Notes: generated by a model not told the origin, from the letters alone. A stretch of DNA of 64,000 nucleotides from Candidatus Nealsonbacteria bacterium (GCA_016188865.1 JACPGX010000002.1:2398-66397); one strand, 5' to 3'. Shown: positions 40,866-50,818, counted from the stretch's first letter. Numbers and translations: made by a program.

Positions 40866-41489
40866 TTAAAATGGTTTTTCCAATGGAGGCAGGCGAGGAA
40901 CAAAATGGTCTTTAGGAAATATATTTTTCCTGATTAATAAAAGGGTTGAAGAAGAAAGCAGGCCGAATAAACTCACTAAAACAAAAACCACCTTAAACCC
41001 CAAAATACTGACTAAAATTCCTCCAAGGGCCCCCGCTGCTCCAGCGGCAAAGCCAATGCCAGTGCTTTCCAGGCTCCAGGAAAATGCCTCCCTGCCTTTA
41101 TCTATATGCCTTGTGAAAATACCCGACCAGGTCGGTATGACGCAAGCCATGGCCAAACCTCTGACAACTTCCAAGGTAAAAATATGCCATGGCTGGGTAG
41201 AAAAAATATAACCCAAGGGAATTAAATTGGCTACATACATTCCTATGACCAAAAATTTAAAATCATCTTTTTCGCCATGATTTTTATCTAATTGATGGGC
41301 AATAAGGGGCTGAACAATCGACTTTGTTATCCAATAGGTAGTCGCCACGAAACCTACCATTTTAATGTCGCCTCCCTGAATTTGTTTGGTCAAAAAAATA
41401 GCGAAAATCGGACCGGAAAGACCCCAGCCAGCCTGAAGAAAAAAATCTGAAGTTATTAAAATCTTAATAACCCTATTAATTTTAATCAC
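40866..41489 (-). CDS. Six-TM membrane protein resembling half of an MFS transporter
   Basis: 207 aa, hydrophobic throughout. Could be a half-size or truncated transporter. Confidence 0.4.
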   Translation of the reverse strand: MIKINRVIKILITSDFFLQAGWGLSGPIFAIFLTKQIQGGDIKMVGFVATTYWITKSIVQPLIAHQLDKNHGEKDDFKFLVIGMYVANLIPLGYIFSTQPWHIFTLEVVRGLAMACVIPTWSGIFTRHIDKGREAFSWSLESTGIGFAAGAAGALGGILVSILGFKVVFVLVSLFGLLSSSTLLLIRKNIFPKDHFVPRLPPLEKPF

Positions 41490-42502
41490 TGCTTTATTTT
41501 AATTAATTTTGCTATTTTTTTAAATACTATCGATTCCATCATTTGAATCCCAAACCTAAAGAAAAAAATTAGTCCCAGCAAAGCCACCGCTAATTCCGCG
41601 CCCCTGACAATAAACACGAAGGCCATGCCGATGTTGGCGCCCAAACCAAATGCATTAAAAACAAAAGACTGCACCGCTTCATGCGAGCCAAGAGCGGCGG
41701 GTATCGGTAAGGTAATAGCCAAAAAAGAAAAAGCGACAACAGCTGTCGCCCCCAAAAAACTAATTTGTTTGCCTAAAAATAAAACTAAGAAAAATGTTCT
41801 GGCAGTTAATATCAATTGGGTTATTAAACTCAAGCCGAACCCTTGCCACATTGTTTTTTTATTCGGCCCAAAATATGCGAATATTTCTTTTTCGACATCG
41901 ATCATCGTATCAGCCCCGTTGTTATGTCTAAGATTAAGTTTTTTCAGAAAAAATTTAATGATGCTTTCTTTGCGAAAGCTTTTGAAATAAAAAACGACCA
42001 CCGCTATGGCGGTGGAAATTGCCAATAAAAATAGGGCTATTCCAATTTTTTGCGAAAGAAAACTTACTTTTGAAAATAAAAAAAATATGCCAAAGATTAT
42101 AACTATGGCATTGATTGTTATTTCTAAAAATCTGTCTATAAAAACCGAGGCGATTGATTTTGGCCATGGCACAGAATACTTTTCTTTTAAATCATATCCT
42201 CTAAAGATTTCTCCGCCCAAAATTACCATTGGGAAGAAAAATCCTATCGCATTACCAGAAAGATAGTATTCTATGATTCTTAGGGTGGGGATATTATATC
42301 CCTGACTCTTTAAAACCATCTTCCATCTCCAGGATCTCACAAAAAAAGATAAAATCGTTAATAATAAAATTATTAAACCTGCCTTAAGGGAAAATGTTTT
42401 AAGGGCTAATAAAATTTCCTCCCATCCAACGTTATTTATAATAAAAAGAAAAAGGGCTGCGCCTATTAAAAGAGAAACCAGAAACAGGAAAAACTTTTTC
42501 AT
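41486..42502 (-). CDS. Lysylphosphatidylglycerol-synthase-TM-region / UPF0104-type flippase-like membrane protein
   Basis: 338 aa with about 8 TM segments and an N-terminal pattern typical of the family (SWRWKMVLKSQGYNI). Confidence 0.55.
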   Translation of the reverse strand: MKKFFLFLVSLLIGAALFLFIINNVGWEEILLALKTFSLKAGLIILLLTILSFFVRSWRWKMVLKSQGYNIPTLRIIEYYLSGNAIGFFFPMVILGGEIFRGYDLKEKYSVPWPKSIASVFIDRFLEITINAIVIIFGIFFLFSKVSFLSQKIGIALFLLAISTAIAVVVFYFKSFRKESIIKFFLKKLNLRHNNGADTMIDVEKEIFAYFGPNKKTMWQGFGLSLITQLILTARTFFLVLFLGKQISFLGATAVVAFSFLAITLPIPAALGSHEAVQSFVFNAFGLGANIGMAFVFIVRGAELAVALLGLIFFFRFGIQMMESIVFKKIAKLIKIKQ

Positions 42503-42559
42503 AAATACGTTTCTATTATATCAAAACTAGCCATTTTTAGAAAGGCGCGCCGCGAACGC

Positions 42560-42588
42560 TAGACAAACCGGTTATTAGCTACTATGAT
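42560..42588 (+). promoter_or_regulatory. Putative promoter (TAGACA-N17-TATGAT) overlapping a 12-bp direct repeat
   Basis: ATTAGCTACTAT occurs twice (42574-42585 and 42591-42602), upstream of the 42619 ORF and the pilin gene. Confidence 0.35.
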
Positions 42589-42618
42589 ATATTAGCTACT
42601 ATAATAAAGAGGTGGGTT

Positions 42619-42867
42619 ATGCTGGGCAGGATTAAAATTTATTGGACAGATCTCGGCTTAAAAATCGAGAAGTTAGGAAATCTTTCACTAGCTGGAGGGA
42701 AAACCTACGTTTTGAAAGAGGGAGCGCAGGAGATATTAATCATAAAAGTGGAACACAGCGATGAAGTAATTACGCCCGAAATGTTCTTGATAAAACAGTT
42801 CTTTCATAAAGATGACGTAAAGATATGTGATGTCTTTCTGGCTCAACAAGAAGAAATTTGGAGGTGA
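42619..42867 (+). CDS. Hypothetical 82-aa protein
   Basis: ORF with AGAGGTGG RBS, directly upstream of the pilin gene. Confidence 0.4.
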   Translation: MLGRIKIYWTDLGLKIEKLGNLSLAGGKTYVLKEGAQEILIIKVEHSDEVITPEMFLIKQFFHKDDVKICDVFLAQQEEIWR

Positions 42868-42957
42868 TAAAAATGAAACCCCAGCCGCTTGACAATAATT
42901 GATGCTTTTGTAATACTGCCGATAGGAATGGATCTTTTAAAAAAGGAGGAGAAAATC

Positions 42958-43635
42958 GTGAAAAAAATGATTAGAAGACTCTTTGGCCTTAAGGGTAAAA
43001 ATGAAAGAGGTTTTACCCTAGTTGAATTAATGGTGGTTGTCGCCATTTTAGCCGTCTTGGCTGGCATAATATTTGTTGCCATAACTTCAAGCAGCGGAAA
43101 GGCAAGATATGCTGCGGCTAAAACTGACGTTGAGGAGATGCAAAAAGCTCTGGAAATGTTTACTGGAGATTTAAACGAATTTCCAACCCGTTTAAACAAA
43201 ACTACTGCTGACCAATACACTCTTTTGTTTACCGGCATGTATGATGGGGCGGCTCAAATATCTGTTACCATGAACGATCTGCAGGCAGCCGATAAAAGCC
43301 AAGCAAACTATTTGGACCTTACCGACTTCCCCCTGGCTAACCGCGATAATCTATACAGTCATTTTTCGATCAACGGCCGAGAATACGGAAAATATGTAGG
43401 AAATCCGGAAAATCCTTCCCACGGCTGGCACGGCTCATACTTAAAACTCAAAGGAACCATGTATGATCCTTGGGGCAACAGCTATATCGTCACTTTTAAG
43501 AGTTTAGGCGACGGGAGCTATCGAATTTTCATACTTTCAGCCGGAGAAGACAGGGTGCTAGACACCGATCCGGCCACCGCTACCGGTATTGACGACAGCG
43601 ATATCGGCATAACTTGGATTGGCAGGCCGAAATAA
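42958..43635 (+). CDS. Type IV pilin-like protein (prepilin-type N-terminal cleavage/methylation domain)
   Basis: GTG at 42958 after AGGAGG. Class III signal GFTLVELMVVVAILAVLAGI. Confidence 0.8.
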   Translation: MKKMIRRLFGLKGKNERGFTLVELMVVVAILAVLAGIIFVAITSSSGKARYAAAKTDVEEMQKALEMFTGDLNEFPTRLNKTTADQYTLLFTGMYDGAAQISVTMNDLQAADKSQANYLDLTDFPLANRDNLYSHFSINGREYGKYVGNPENPSHGWHGSYLKLKGTMYDPWGNSYIVTFKSLGDGSYRIFILSAGEDRVLDTDPATATGIDDSDIGITWIGRPK

Positions 43636-43676
43636 AATCAGTAAAACGCCGAAAGTTGTTAAAACTTTTGGCGTTT

Positions 43677-44498
43677 TTATTTATAAAAAGCGATTGCCCC
43701 GTAGCCCACTACTTTTGATTTACCCCTCCCACCAAAATTTTGGTGAGGGGGTTTATCGCCAGCAGTATCTCCGGAGTTAGCGTATTTTAGCAAAGATGCT
43801 TTGCCGCCTAAAAGTTTGGTTGTTTCAATTAGCGTTTTTACTGAATCAATGGCGCAAATATTTAAATTGCTCACCCGAAGATTTAAAATGTTTTTTAGAG
43901 TTTTCTCATCAATATCTTTTGCTTCTTTATAAGATAAATAATGCGATAAATCTGCAGAAGCTATAATTAAAACTTTCCTATTTTTTATATTTTTAAAAAT
44001 CACTCTGGCCAGCAATTGCCAGTCTTTATTTTCCGAACCAAAAATAATCGGCAGAATTTTAAAATTTTTGACAGAGATCCTCTGCAAAAAAGGCAGCTGG
44101 ACCTCGATCGAGTGTTCCCAAAGGTGGGCAGAATCTCTCCTAAAAAATCTTCTTGAACTGTCGAGAACCGTTCTCGTCAGTTTTTTATCAACCATTACCT
44201 TGCCGAGAGGTGTCTCCCAAAATCCCTCTTCTGACCATACAGCAACTCCGTCAAATCTCTCGTAGTGAGAGTCGCCCATAATAATGACCGTATCAAATTT
44301 TTTACCGATAATAGCTTTAAAGCCATACGCTGCTACTTGTCCGGAATAAGCATAGCCCGCATGAGGCAAGAGCAAACCGAAAATTTCTCCTTTAATCTTG
44401 GGGGGATTGGCCCGATCTAAAAGTTTATTTATTATTCCAGATAATTCCTTGTTATTTTCCGGATAAAATTCTCCGGCTAATGCAGCCGACCTTAACAT
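43677..44498 (-). CDS. AmmeMemoRadiSam system protein B (Memo-like)
   Basis: AGEFYP, LLPHAGYAYSGQVAAYGF and the C-terminal VVGYGAIAF pattern. Confidence 0.8.
   Translation of the reverse strand: MLRSAALAGEFYPENNKELSGIINKLLDRANPPKIKGEIFGLLLPHAGYAYSGQVAAYGFKAIIGKKFDTVIIMGDSHYERFDGVAVWSEEGFWETPLGKVMVDKKLTRTVLDSSRRFFRRDSAHLWEHSIEVQLPFLQRISVKNFKILPIIFGSENKDWQLLARVIFKNIKNRKVLIIASADLSHYLSYKEAKDIDEKTLKNILNLRVSNLNICAIDSVKTLIETTKLLGGKASLLKYANSGDTAGDKPPHQNFGGRGKSKVVGYGAIAFYK
43722..43752. repeat. Palindromic insert (related centre CAAAATTTTG), in-frame in the Memo-like gene
   Basis: ACCCCTCCCACCAAAATTTTGGTGAGGGGGT. Encodes KPPHQNFGGRGKS just before the conserved VVGY terminus. Confidence 0.7.
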
Positions 44499-44854
44499 GT
44501 CAAATGGAAGAGTCCTATTACTTTTTCTAATTTACCGTCTTCTTCCTGCGATTCCTCTTTTCTGATATTGAAAGTCTTAATCGCTTGTTCTGTGTGGTCA
44601 ATATATAATTTAATTCCCCTGTCTGTAATTAATTTTTTAGCGGCATCGGTAATTTTGGCCATGCCCGATTGACCTGTTCCGATTACGATGCTTTCCGGAT
44701 TCTGATCTACTATATCTAATATGTCTTCAACATCAATAATATGCGACTCTTTACGCCACCAGTCAAAAACATCGCCAGTCCAAAAAACCTCAATGTCATG
44801 AGTGTAAATTTCTCCGTCAATGGTGATTGAGCCGAATTGATAGTCCTCGATCAT
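44492..44854 (-). CDS. Mth938-like domain protein
   Basis: Proposed start is the ATG at 44854 (MIEDYQFGSITIDGEIY...). The track's TTG start at 44884 lies inside the palindromic element. Confidence 0.55.
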   Translation of the reverse strand: MIEDYQFGSITIDGEIYTHDIEVFWTGDVFDWWRKESHIIDVEDILDIVDQNPESIVIGTGQSGMAKITDAAKKLITDRGIKLYIDHTEQAIKTFNIRKEESQEEDGKLEKVIGLFHLTC

Positions 44855-44863
44855 CGGATTTAG

Positions 44864-44906
44864 GGAGGTCCGACCTCCACTCAAATTTGAGAGGAGATCG
44901 GACCTC
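44864..44906. repeat. 43-nt palindromic element, intergenic copy (EndoQ / Mth938-like spacer)
   Basis: GGAGGTCCGACCTCC-ACTCAAATTTGAGA-GGAGATCGGACCTC. Confidence 0.9.
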
Positions 44907-44914
44907 TTTTGTCT

Positions 44915-46180
44915 TTAAAACAACGTTTTCTGCTTCAAAATATCTTTCCTTTCGCTTTGGGAGAAAATCATAACCTTTCCGTATACCCCGTCGTAACCAG
45001 GCTCGATGGAAACCCTGCCCTCTCTTACCCTTATAATGCCTTCTGCTATTTCCGGCAAGGCGGCAGATTCTAATTCCTGTCTGGTGGCATCTAATAAAAT
45101 CTTAAACTCATTGCCAAAATTTTTAATTATATTTTTGTATTCTTTTTGTACTTGCTTACTGGCAACGCCAACACCCAAACTTTCAGCGATTATTTCTCCC
45201 AATGGGACTAAACTTTTAAAGGAAACGGCATTTTGAGGTTTACCCGCCGAAGATTTATCGAAGGCGGGCCTGTCGGCTAATTCCTCAACTCTATTCATCA
45301 CTCCGATAGTTAAAGGTTTCCCACAGGTTGGGCAAATGTTGTTGTATTTTTTTGATTCTTCGGGAGATAAAACAATTTCACAACTGCGGTGGCCGTCGTA
45401 GTGATATTTTCCTTCTTCCGGAAAAAACTCAATGGTGTGTAAAAAATTTTGCGGGTCCTTAGTTTTTATGGCGGTAATAATCGAATCATAGCTTAAAAAT
45501 GGCAAATCAAAGACATTGGCCTCCCTGCCTATTTTTGAGGGACTGTGAGCATCGCTATTGGAAATCAGGGCAATTTTATCTAATGCTGAAAGCCGCCAAT
45601 TCATTGCAGGATCGCTGCTCAATCCCGTCTCTATCGCATAAATATATTTTGAATAATCTTCAAAACACTCTTCAATTGAATTGAAGCCGGATTTTGAACC
45701 GAATACGGAAAACCAGGGAGTCCAAGCATGCGCGGGCACCACCAAACAATCTTCGGAGGCTCCTAAAACAATTTTAGCTAATTCTTTGGCATCCAAGCCC
45801 AAAATTGGCCGGCCGTCTGACTTTAAATTCCCAATCCACCCCAAACGAGCATTAATATTATCAACCGCCTCAAAAGAGGGAGCAAAAACTATAATATGAA
45901 TTTTCCTGACTCTGTTATTTTTTGAGTAGATACAGCTAATTTCGGCAGTTAAGATAAAACGCGTTTCCGAATTACCGCTTTTTAACTGAAAAAGCCCGGC
46001 TTCCGCGGATTTCAATTTTTCTTTCAGACTCTTAAACCATTCGGGATGCGTGAAGTCGCCCGTACCCAAAACCTTGATTCCCTTGATTTTTGCCCACTTA
46101 TCTAAATTTTCCAAGTCCATATCGCGGCTCGTCGCCCTTGAGTATTTGCTATGTATATGAAAATCCGCAATAAACCTCAT
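44915..46180 (-). CDS. Endonuclease Q-like PHP-domain protein
   Basis: MRFIADFHIHSKYSRATS N-terminus and a C-terminal Zn-finger-like CPTCGKPL, as in the EndoQ/TIGR00375 family. Confidence 0.75.
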   Translation of the reverse strand: MRFIADFHIHSKYSRATSRDMDLENLDKWAKIKGIKVLGTGDFTHPEWFKSLKEKLKSAEAGLFQLKSGNSETRFILTAEISCIYSKNNRVRKIHIIVFAPSFEAVDNINARLGWIGNLKSDGRPILGLDAKELAKIVLGASEDCLVVPAHAWTPWFSVFGSKSGFNSIEECFEDYSKYIYAIETGLSSDPAMNWRLSALDKIALISNSDAHSPSKIGREANVFDLPFLSYDSIITAIKTKDPQNFLHTIEFFPEEGKYHYDGHRSCEIVLSPEESKKYNNICPTCGKPLTIGVMNRVEELADRPAFDKSSAGKPQNAVSFKSLVPLGEIIAESLGVGVASKQVQKEYKNIIKNFGNEFKILLDATRQELESAALPEIAEGIIRVREGRVSIEPGYDGVYGKVMIFSQSERKDILKQKTLF

Positions 46181-46185
46181 GCTAA

Positions 46186-47304
46186 CTATCTAGCAAAAAA
46201 ATAGTAAATTTCAAAGAAAATGCCGAGAACGAAAAAAACAGGCAAAATATACATTAAGGGATTCATCGCTCTGGCAAATTTTTTAAGTAAAAAGGCGCGA
46301 TATAAAAATACAATAATTATTGCCTCAAAGCCCAAAGAAATAGCTCCGGTCAAACCGATAACGGCAATAAATTCTTTGAGGCCCAAGAAAAAGAGAATCA
46401 GCGGCAAAAAACAGGCGATAAGCCAGGACAATCTTCTCGGTAAACCGAAATCATACCAGAGAATTTTTTTAAAAGTCAGTCCCAAAGTGATAAAAGAGGT
46501 GAAGCAGGTAATCACTCCGAAAATAAATCCCAAACGAATTATGCCGTTGCCTAGAGTATTGGCCAGCCCGGAAATTGCTTCCTTGGAGGTATTTTGCCCG
46601 GTCGCGCCCAAAACCATGAAAATAAAAAATAAGTAAGTGACGACAGAAAGCAAAATTCCCGATACGATTACTCGTTTTAATAACTTCTTGGCGTCTGAAC
46701 CCAGCATTTCCTCCAATTCAGGTATCAAAGACGAACCCCATATGGCAAAGAGAATCACTCCGTAGGGCAAAGCGATAAAAGATAAATCGGTTTTTTGAAA
46801 ATTGCTAAAATCTATAAAGGGCGCGGCTTTAACAAAAATAACAATCAGAATGGCGAAAAAAACGAGGAGAAGCGAAAATTCCACCCGGGAAATATGTTTG
46901 ATGCCCCTTAAAATCAGGTAAGCGCCCGCGCCAAAAAAAAGAAGGGTGTAAATAAGATTATTGCCGCCAAAATAGGGGGCAAAGAAATATTCCAGAAATG
47001 TTCCCCCGACAATCAAATAAGCCAATATAGCGCCGACTAACCCAGAACCAATTGTCAGCAAAGTGATTTTTTTCCAATTAGGGCCCATATATTCCCCCGC
47101 AAATCCCGGTAAACGGTAAAGAGTTTCCGTGCCCAAGGCGACCTTGCCGAAAAGCAGATGAATCAGGATGGCGATAGTAGACATCGCTAAAAAATATATA
47201 AAAACAACAAAAAAGCCGGCCCTAGAAGCAATGTAGGGCAGGCCAAAAATTCCTACCCCGATGATTGTGCCGACAAAAACAGAAAGCGCCCTTATGAATT
47301 TCAT
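46186..47304 (-). CDS. Amino acid permease (aromatic/hydroxy amino acid transporter-like, 11 TM)
   Basis: 372 aa, hydrophobic throughout. N-terminal FVGTIIGVGIFGLPY motif. Confidence 0.6.
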   Translation of the reverse strand: MKFIRALSVFVGTIIGVGIFGLPYIASRAGFFVVFIYFLAMSTIAILIHLLFGKVALGTETLYRLPGFAGEYMGPNWKKITLLTIGSGLVGAILAYLIVGGTFLEYFFAPYFGGNNLIYTLLFFGAGAYLILRGIKHISRVEFSLLLVFFAILIVIFVKAAPFIDFSNFQKTDLSFIALPYGVILFAIWGSSLIPELEEMLGSDAKKLLKRVIVSGILLSVVTYLFFIFMVLGATGQNTSKEAISGLANTLGNGIIRLGFIFGVITCFTSFITLGLTFKKILWYDFGLPRRLSWLIACFLPLILFFLGLKEFIAVIGLTGAISLGFEAIIIVFLYRAFLLKKFARAMNPLMYILPVFFVLGIFFEIYYFFAR

Positions 47305-47637
47305 TTATTTTAACAGCTTAATCCCCAATCCAGCTATCTGGCCGCCGCCAAATATAAGAATTCCGGCGAAAATCGACCAACTCATCAAATTCAAAAGCCC
47401 GGGGATTGAGTCCGTCGGCAGTAAACCCTTTAGCTGATCTTGAAGGAGATTTTGCAATTGAGCTTCTACGCCTTGCTGGGCATTGGGAGTCGCTTTAACC
47501 TGCTCAAATTTAAAAATATCCGGAGCTGAAGTTTTGGCAGTAAAAATATTATAAGAAGAATAAAGGCTGTAAAGAATAATCGCCAAGCCAGCCAAAAGCA
47601 AAATTAAGCCAATAAGTTTCTTAACGGAGTTCATCAT
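47305..47637 (-). CDS. Hypothetical small membrane protein
   Basis: Two hydrophobic segments flanking a Q-rich linker. Confidence 0.4.
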   Translation of the reverse strand: MMNSVKKLIGLILLLAGLAIILYSLYSSYNIFTAKTSAPDIFKFEQVKATPNAQQGVEAQLQNLLQDQLKGLLPTDSIPGLLNLMSWSIFAGILIFGGGQIAGLGIKLLK

Positions 47638-47971
47638 AAAACGAAGATTTTTTAATTATTATTTTATAAATATTCTCTATAAAATCGCCGCCGGCGTATC
47701 CAATAATAAAAGCCAGTACCCCGCTGAAATTTCCCAAAAGAGTAAAGCCTATTTCTTTAACGGCCAATGTCGACAAAAGCCCGACTACTCCGGAAATAAA
47801 CATGGTTGCTAAAAAATAACGAGGCCTGAATTTTACTTCTTTATAGGAAAACATATATTTTACAAAACCAACCAAACCTCGCAGGATTCCTCCGGAAAAA
47901 CCGGCGAAAAAAATTAAAATCATAATTAAGATAATTATTTTACTCCTTGCCTTTAATAAATTTTTCTTCAA
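47621..47971 (-). CDS. Hypothetical small membrane protein
   Basis: Three TM segments. Overlaps both neighbouring genes in an operon-like arrangement. Confidence 0.4.
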   Translation of the reverse strand: MKKNLLKARSKIIILIMILIFFAGFSGGILRGLVGFVKYMFSYKEVKFRPRYFLATMFISGVVGLLSTLAVKEIGFTLLGNFSGVLAFIIGYAGGDFIENIYKIIIKKSSFYDELR

Positions 47972-48368
47972 CCGGCCTTAAAACAGCTAACACTAAAATA
48001 GCTAAAATAGCAGCGAAAATTGCCGGCATATAAAGCTTAATCCCCACCGCAGTTCCAATGGCTGCTGTTATCCAAAGGCCAGCTGCGGTAGTCAGCCCGC
48101 TGATATGAAACTCGCGATGAATAATGGAACCTGCGCCGATAAAGCCAATGCCTAAAACTATCTGGCCAATAATTCTGCTGGGGTCAAAGCCGGTAAATCC
48201 CGCAAAAAGCTTAATTGATTCAAAGGCAATTATTGTAAAAAAGGCCGCTCCCAAAGAAGCTAAAGCATAGGTCCTCAAGCCCGCTTCTTTTCTGCTGAAC
48301 TCTCTTTCTAAACCAACTAACCCGCCCAGCAGGGTAGCTAAAACTAATTGCCAAAACATCTCTAGCAT
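47940..48368 (-). CDS. MgtC/SapB family membrane protein
   Basis: LLGGLVGLEREFSRKEAGLRTYALASLGAA matches the family signature. Confidence 0.8.
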   Translation of the reverse strand: MLEMFWQLVLATLLGGLVGLEREFSRKEAGLRTYALASLGAAFFTIIAFESIKLFAGFTGFDPSRIIGQIVLGIGFIGAGSIIHREFHISGLTTAAGLWITAAIGTAVGIKLYMPAIFAAILAILVLAVLRPVEEKFIKGKE

Positions 48369-48382
48369 TTTAAAATTGGAGA

Positions 48383-48640
48383 TTAGAGTTTATAAACTTT
48401 ATATCCTTCCCTGACTTTTTGGTCAACTTTCAAGCCGACAGAATCGCCCTTCTTGGCTTTTTTAACTTTATCGCGCTCAATCTGCATTGATTCTACTTTC
48501 TGGGAAAAATCAGTTTCGCCGCCGACAATTCTTATTTCATCGCCTTCTTCTAATTTATCCGACAAATCAATCACTCCCACGCTAATGTTGCTGAAATAAT
48601 GGCTTATTTTGCCTATTAATTTTCCTTCTTTTTCTTTCAT
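48383..48640 (-). CDS. Small EF-Tu domain-2-like beta-barrel protein (translation elongation factor-like protein)
   Basis: 85 aa. GKISHYFSNISVGVIDLSDKLEEGDEIRI ... GDSVGLKV pattern. Confidence 0.5.
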   Translation of the reverse strand: MKEKEGKLIGKISHYFSNISVGVIDLSDKLEEGDEIRIVGGETDFSQKVESMQIERDKVKKAKKGDSVGLKVDQKVREGYKVYKL

Positions 48641-48656
48641 AAAAAATATAAATTTT

Positions 48657-49220
48657 TTACTTCGACCTTTTTGTTTTTTTAATAGCTGCGATTAATTTCT
48701 GAACTAATTTCTTCGGGTCGGTATCATACACAATAGGACCTCTTTTGGTATGGGGACGGGCTAGAATTATTTTGAGAAGGTCAGCTGTGCCTCCGGAGCC
48801 TTCCAAAACGCCAATTGGCTTTCTATCTTCATAGGCAATGGTAAATTCATTTAAGGTTCCCATCCTCCCGCAAACGACAATTACGCCGTCTGCTGCTCTA
48901 GTTAGTAAAAGATTCCTGCCGGAGTAATCAAACCCGGTATAAATTATGATATCAAATTGATCTAATGGAAGTTTATATACTTTTTTATGGGCCAACTCAG
49001 AAGCTGCCGGCGAAAATCCGATGCTGAATCCCCCCACCTCCTTGCATCCCACAGCAGCAAAATAAGGAACGCCGGTAGTAGCTCCGGTAAGTAAAAAACA
49101 ATCCTGCCAGAAAATCTGGCGGCCAACTTCTTTGGACAATTCTTCAATATTATTGCAGCAATGGCCAACTGCAGCTGCTCCAGAAACTGCTATCTTATAT
49201 TTTCCGGGATCGGGTGACAT
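48657..49220 (-). CDS. TIGR00725/LOG-like Rossmann-fold protein
   Basis: IAVSGAA...LLTGATTGVPYFAAVGCKEVGGFSIGFSP pattern. Confidence 0.55.
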   Translation of the reverse strand: MSPDPGKYKIAVSGAAAVGHCCNNIEELSKEVGRQIFWQDCFLLTGATTGVPYFAAVGCKEVGGFSIGFSPAASELAHKKVYKLPLDQFDIIIYTGFDYSGRNLLLTRAADGVIVVCGRMGTLNEFTIAYEDRKPIGVLEGSGGTADLLKIILARPHTKRGPIVYDTDPKKLVQKLIAAIKKTKRSK

Positions 49221-49243
49221 ATTATTTATTATACCATACTTTG

Positions 49244-49316
49244 TGCGCCCAACTGGAGTCGAACCAGTAATCTTTGGCTTCGGAGGCCAATGTTTTATCC
49301 ATTAAACTACGGGCGC
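49244..49316 (-). tRNA. tRNA-Arg (anticodon CCG)
   Basis: Manual cloverleaf: GCGCCCG-TA-GTTT-AATGGATA-AAAC-A-TTGGC-CTCCGAA-GCCAA-AGATT-ACTGG-TTCGACT-CCAGT-TGGGCGC-A. 73 nt, CCA not encoded. Confidence 0.9.
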
Positions 49317-49326
49317 TTTAATATTA

Positions 49327-49369
49327 GGAGGTCCGACCTCCACTCAAATTTGAGAGGAGGTCGGACCTC
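49327..49369. repeat. 43-nt palindromic element, intergenic copy (10 nt upstream of the tRNA-Arg 5' end)
   Basis: GGAGGTCCGACCTCC-ACTCAAATTTGAGA-GGAGGTCGGACCTC. Confidence 0.9.
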
Positions 49370-49453
49370 TCGCCATCTTTACAAATTAAAATATCTATGA
49401 TATACTCTATTGTATAGTAGCTTAAAAACTCGGCCCTGGAAAGGAGCTTTAAG

Positions 49454-49807
49454 ATGGATTTTGATAAAATAGCCGTATTCTTTTACTGCGCAACGTTGAA
49501 CCATTTCCTGGCTGACTTTCTCTCTCATCGCAAAAAGAAGGGAGCCTTCATTTTCCTGCATTGTTTTCTCTACGCCATGTTATTCATGCCCCTGTTCTGG
49601 TGGCTAGGGGTTAACCTTCTATGGCTATTTCTTCTTTTCTCTTCTCACTTAGCGATTGATTCCCAGTGGAAAAGACTGCTCTCGTTCTTTAACAATCAAA
49701 CCAAGGAGCAAGAAAAACTAAGCCAAACTACCCTAATAATTTTCACCGTAGGACTAGATCAGGTACTCCACCTCTCGATGCTGGTTGTTATTGCTTTCAC
49801 TTTTTAG
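49454..49807 (+). CDS. Hypothetical membrane protein (possibly DUF3307-like)
   Basis: 117 aa with 3-4 TM segments and conserved His residues. Family assignment is tentative. Confidence 0.35.
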   Translation: MDFDKIAVFFYCATLNHFLADFLSHRKKKGAFIFLHCFLYAMLFMPLFWWLGVNLLWLFLLFSSHLAIDSQWKRLLSFFNNQTKEQEKLSQTTLIIFTVGLDQVLHLSMLVVIAFTF

Positions 49808-49817
49808 GGAGGGAAAA

Positions 49818-50012
49818 TTGGATAAAAAAACTGGGAAACATCATTTCCATATCCGATTTGAAATAGAAAAAGTGGGAATTTTCGAAAGATGGGCTTGGTA
49901 TAAAAACCGAGACAGCTTTGTCAAATCCTTGGCCATAGAATTCGAAAAGAGACTCCGCCGCAAGATTTTCATTAAAGTTCTTACCTTTGAAGAAATCCCC
50001 CACCCCGCATAG
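49818..50012 (+). CDS. Hypothetical small protein
   Basis: TTG start after GGGAGGG. The track gives 49785. A hairpin terminator follows. Confidence 0.3.
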   Translation: MDKKTGKHHFHIRFEIEKVGIFERWAWYKNRDSFVKSLAIEFEKRLRRKIFIKVLTFEEIPHPA

Positions 50013-50085
50013 GTTTGGGGGATTTTAATTCAAGATTATATGAGCATACCTTAGCGAATCAAGGTTCTCGCCAGGGGCGAGGTTC

Positions 50086-50781
50086 TTATTTTTCGGCGAC
50101 TAAATAAATATTCTGCCGTTTTTTATTTTTGCTTTTCGCAAAACCTATTTTTTTTACTTTTAAACCAACTTCCTCTATCGGTTTTGCTAATTCTTTTTTT
50201 GAAAACCAATGATAATATCTTTTAACATTCGTTTTGCCCCAGGGGTCCAAAACATCGCCAAAATCCAATTTTGATAAACCAAGTAATTTTTGAAGCGTAT
50301 ATTTTAAAAGCAAAAAGCGCATTTTGGGCTGAGAAAACTTCCAAACTGTCAAAATCAAAAGGCCGTTCGGCTTCAATACCCTTCTTGCTTCTTCTAAAAA
50401 CATCGAGCGCGATTCGCTTGATGGAATATGATGAAAAACAGCGATACTGTAAACTTTATCGAAAGAATTATCTGGGAAAGGCAGCTGCATAGCGTCGCCA
50501 ACCTGAAATTTCGCTTGGGGGTATCTGGTTTTAGCTATTTCAATAAGTTTCTCGGATGGGTCAATTCCCAAATAGTCTACATTTTTATTCATGCAAAATT
50601 CAAAAAATCGCCCATTACCGCAACCCAAATCTAAAACTTTATCGCCTGAAGCCAAATAATCATCAAATAGAAACTTGAGCTCGGGCCAAGGCTCTCGCCT
50701 TTTCCCGGAAAATTCTTCGGCAATCAAATTATAATCCTCTTTAGTTTTTCCCAACAAATATTGCGCGTAATTTTTATCCAT
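50086..50781 (-). CDS. Class I SAM-dependent methyltransferase
   Basis: Motif I: VLDLGCGNGRF. Post-I: acidic residue in YLGIDPS. Confidence 0.8.
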   Translation of the reverse strand: MDKNYAQYLLGKTKEDYNLIAEEFSGKRREPWPELKFLFDDYLASGDKVLDLGCGNGRFFEFCMNKNVDYLGIDPSEKLIEIAKTRYPQAKFQVGDAMQLPFPDNSFDKVYSIAVFHHIPSSESRSMFLEEARRVLKPNGLLILTVWKFSQPKMRFLLLKYTLQKLLGLSKLDFGDVLDPWGKTNVKRYYHWFSKKELAKPIEEVGLKVKKIGFAKSKNKKRQNIYLVAEK

Positions 50782-50818
50782 GGTATATTCATTTTAGCAT
50801 ATTTATAGGAGGCAAAAA

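Noticed and set aside
40866-41489. Half-size MFS-like ORF as a pseudogene
   Set aside because: I could not find a remnant of a second half or a frameshift. The upstream gene (UPF0104-type) is a different family, so there is not enough evidence to call it decayed.
44855-44884. TTG-initiated extension MSGGRTSLNP of the Mth938-like ORF
   Set aside because: These codons are supplied by the intergenic palindromic element. The first ATG (44854) starts the conserved part of the protein.
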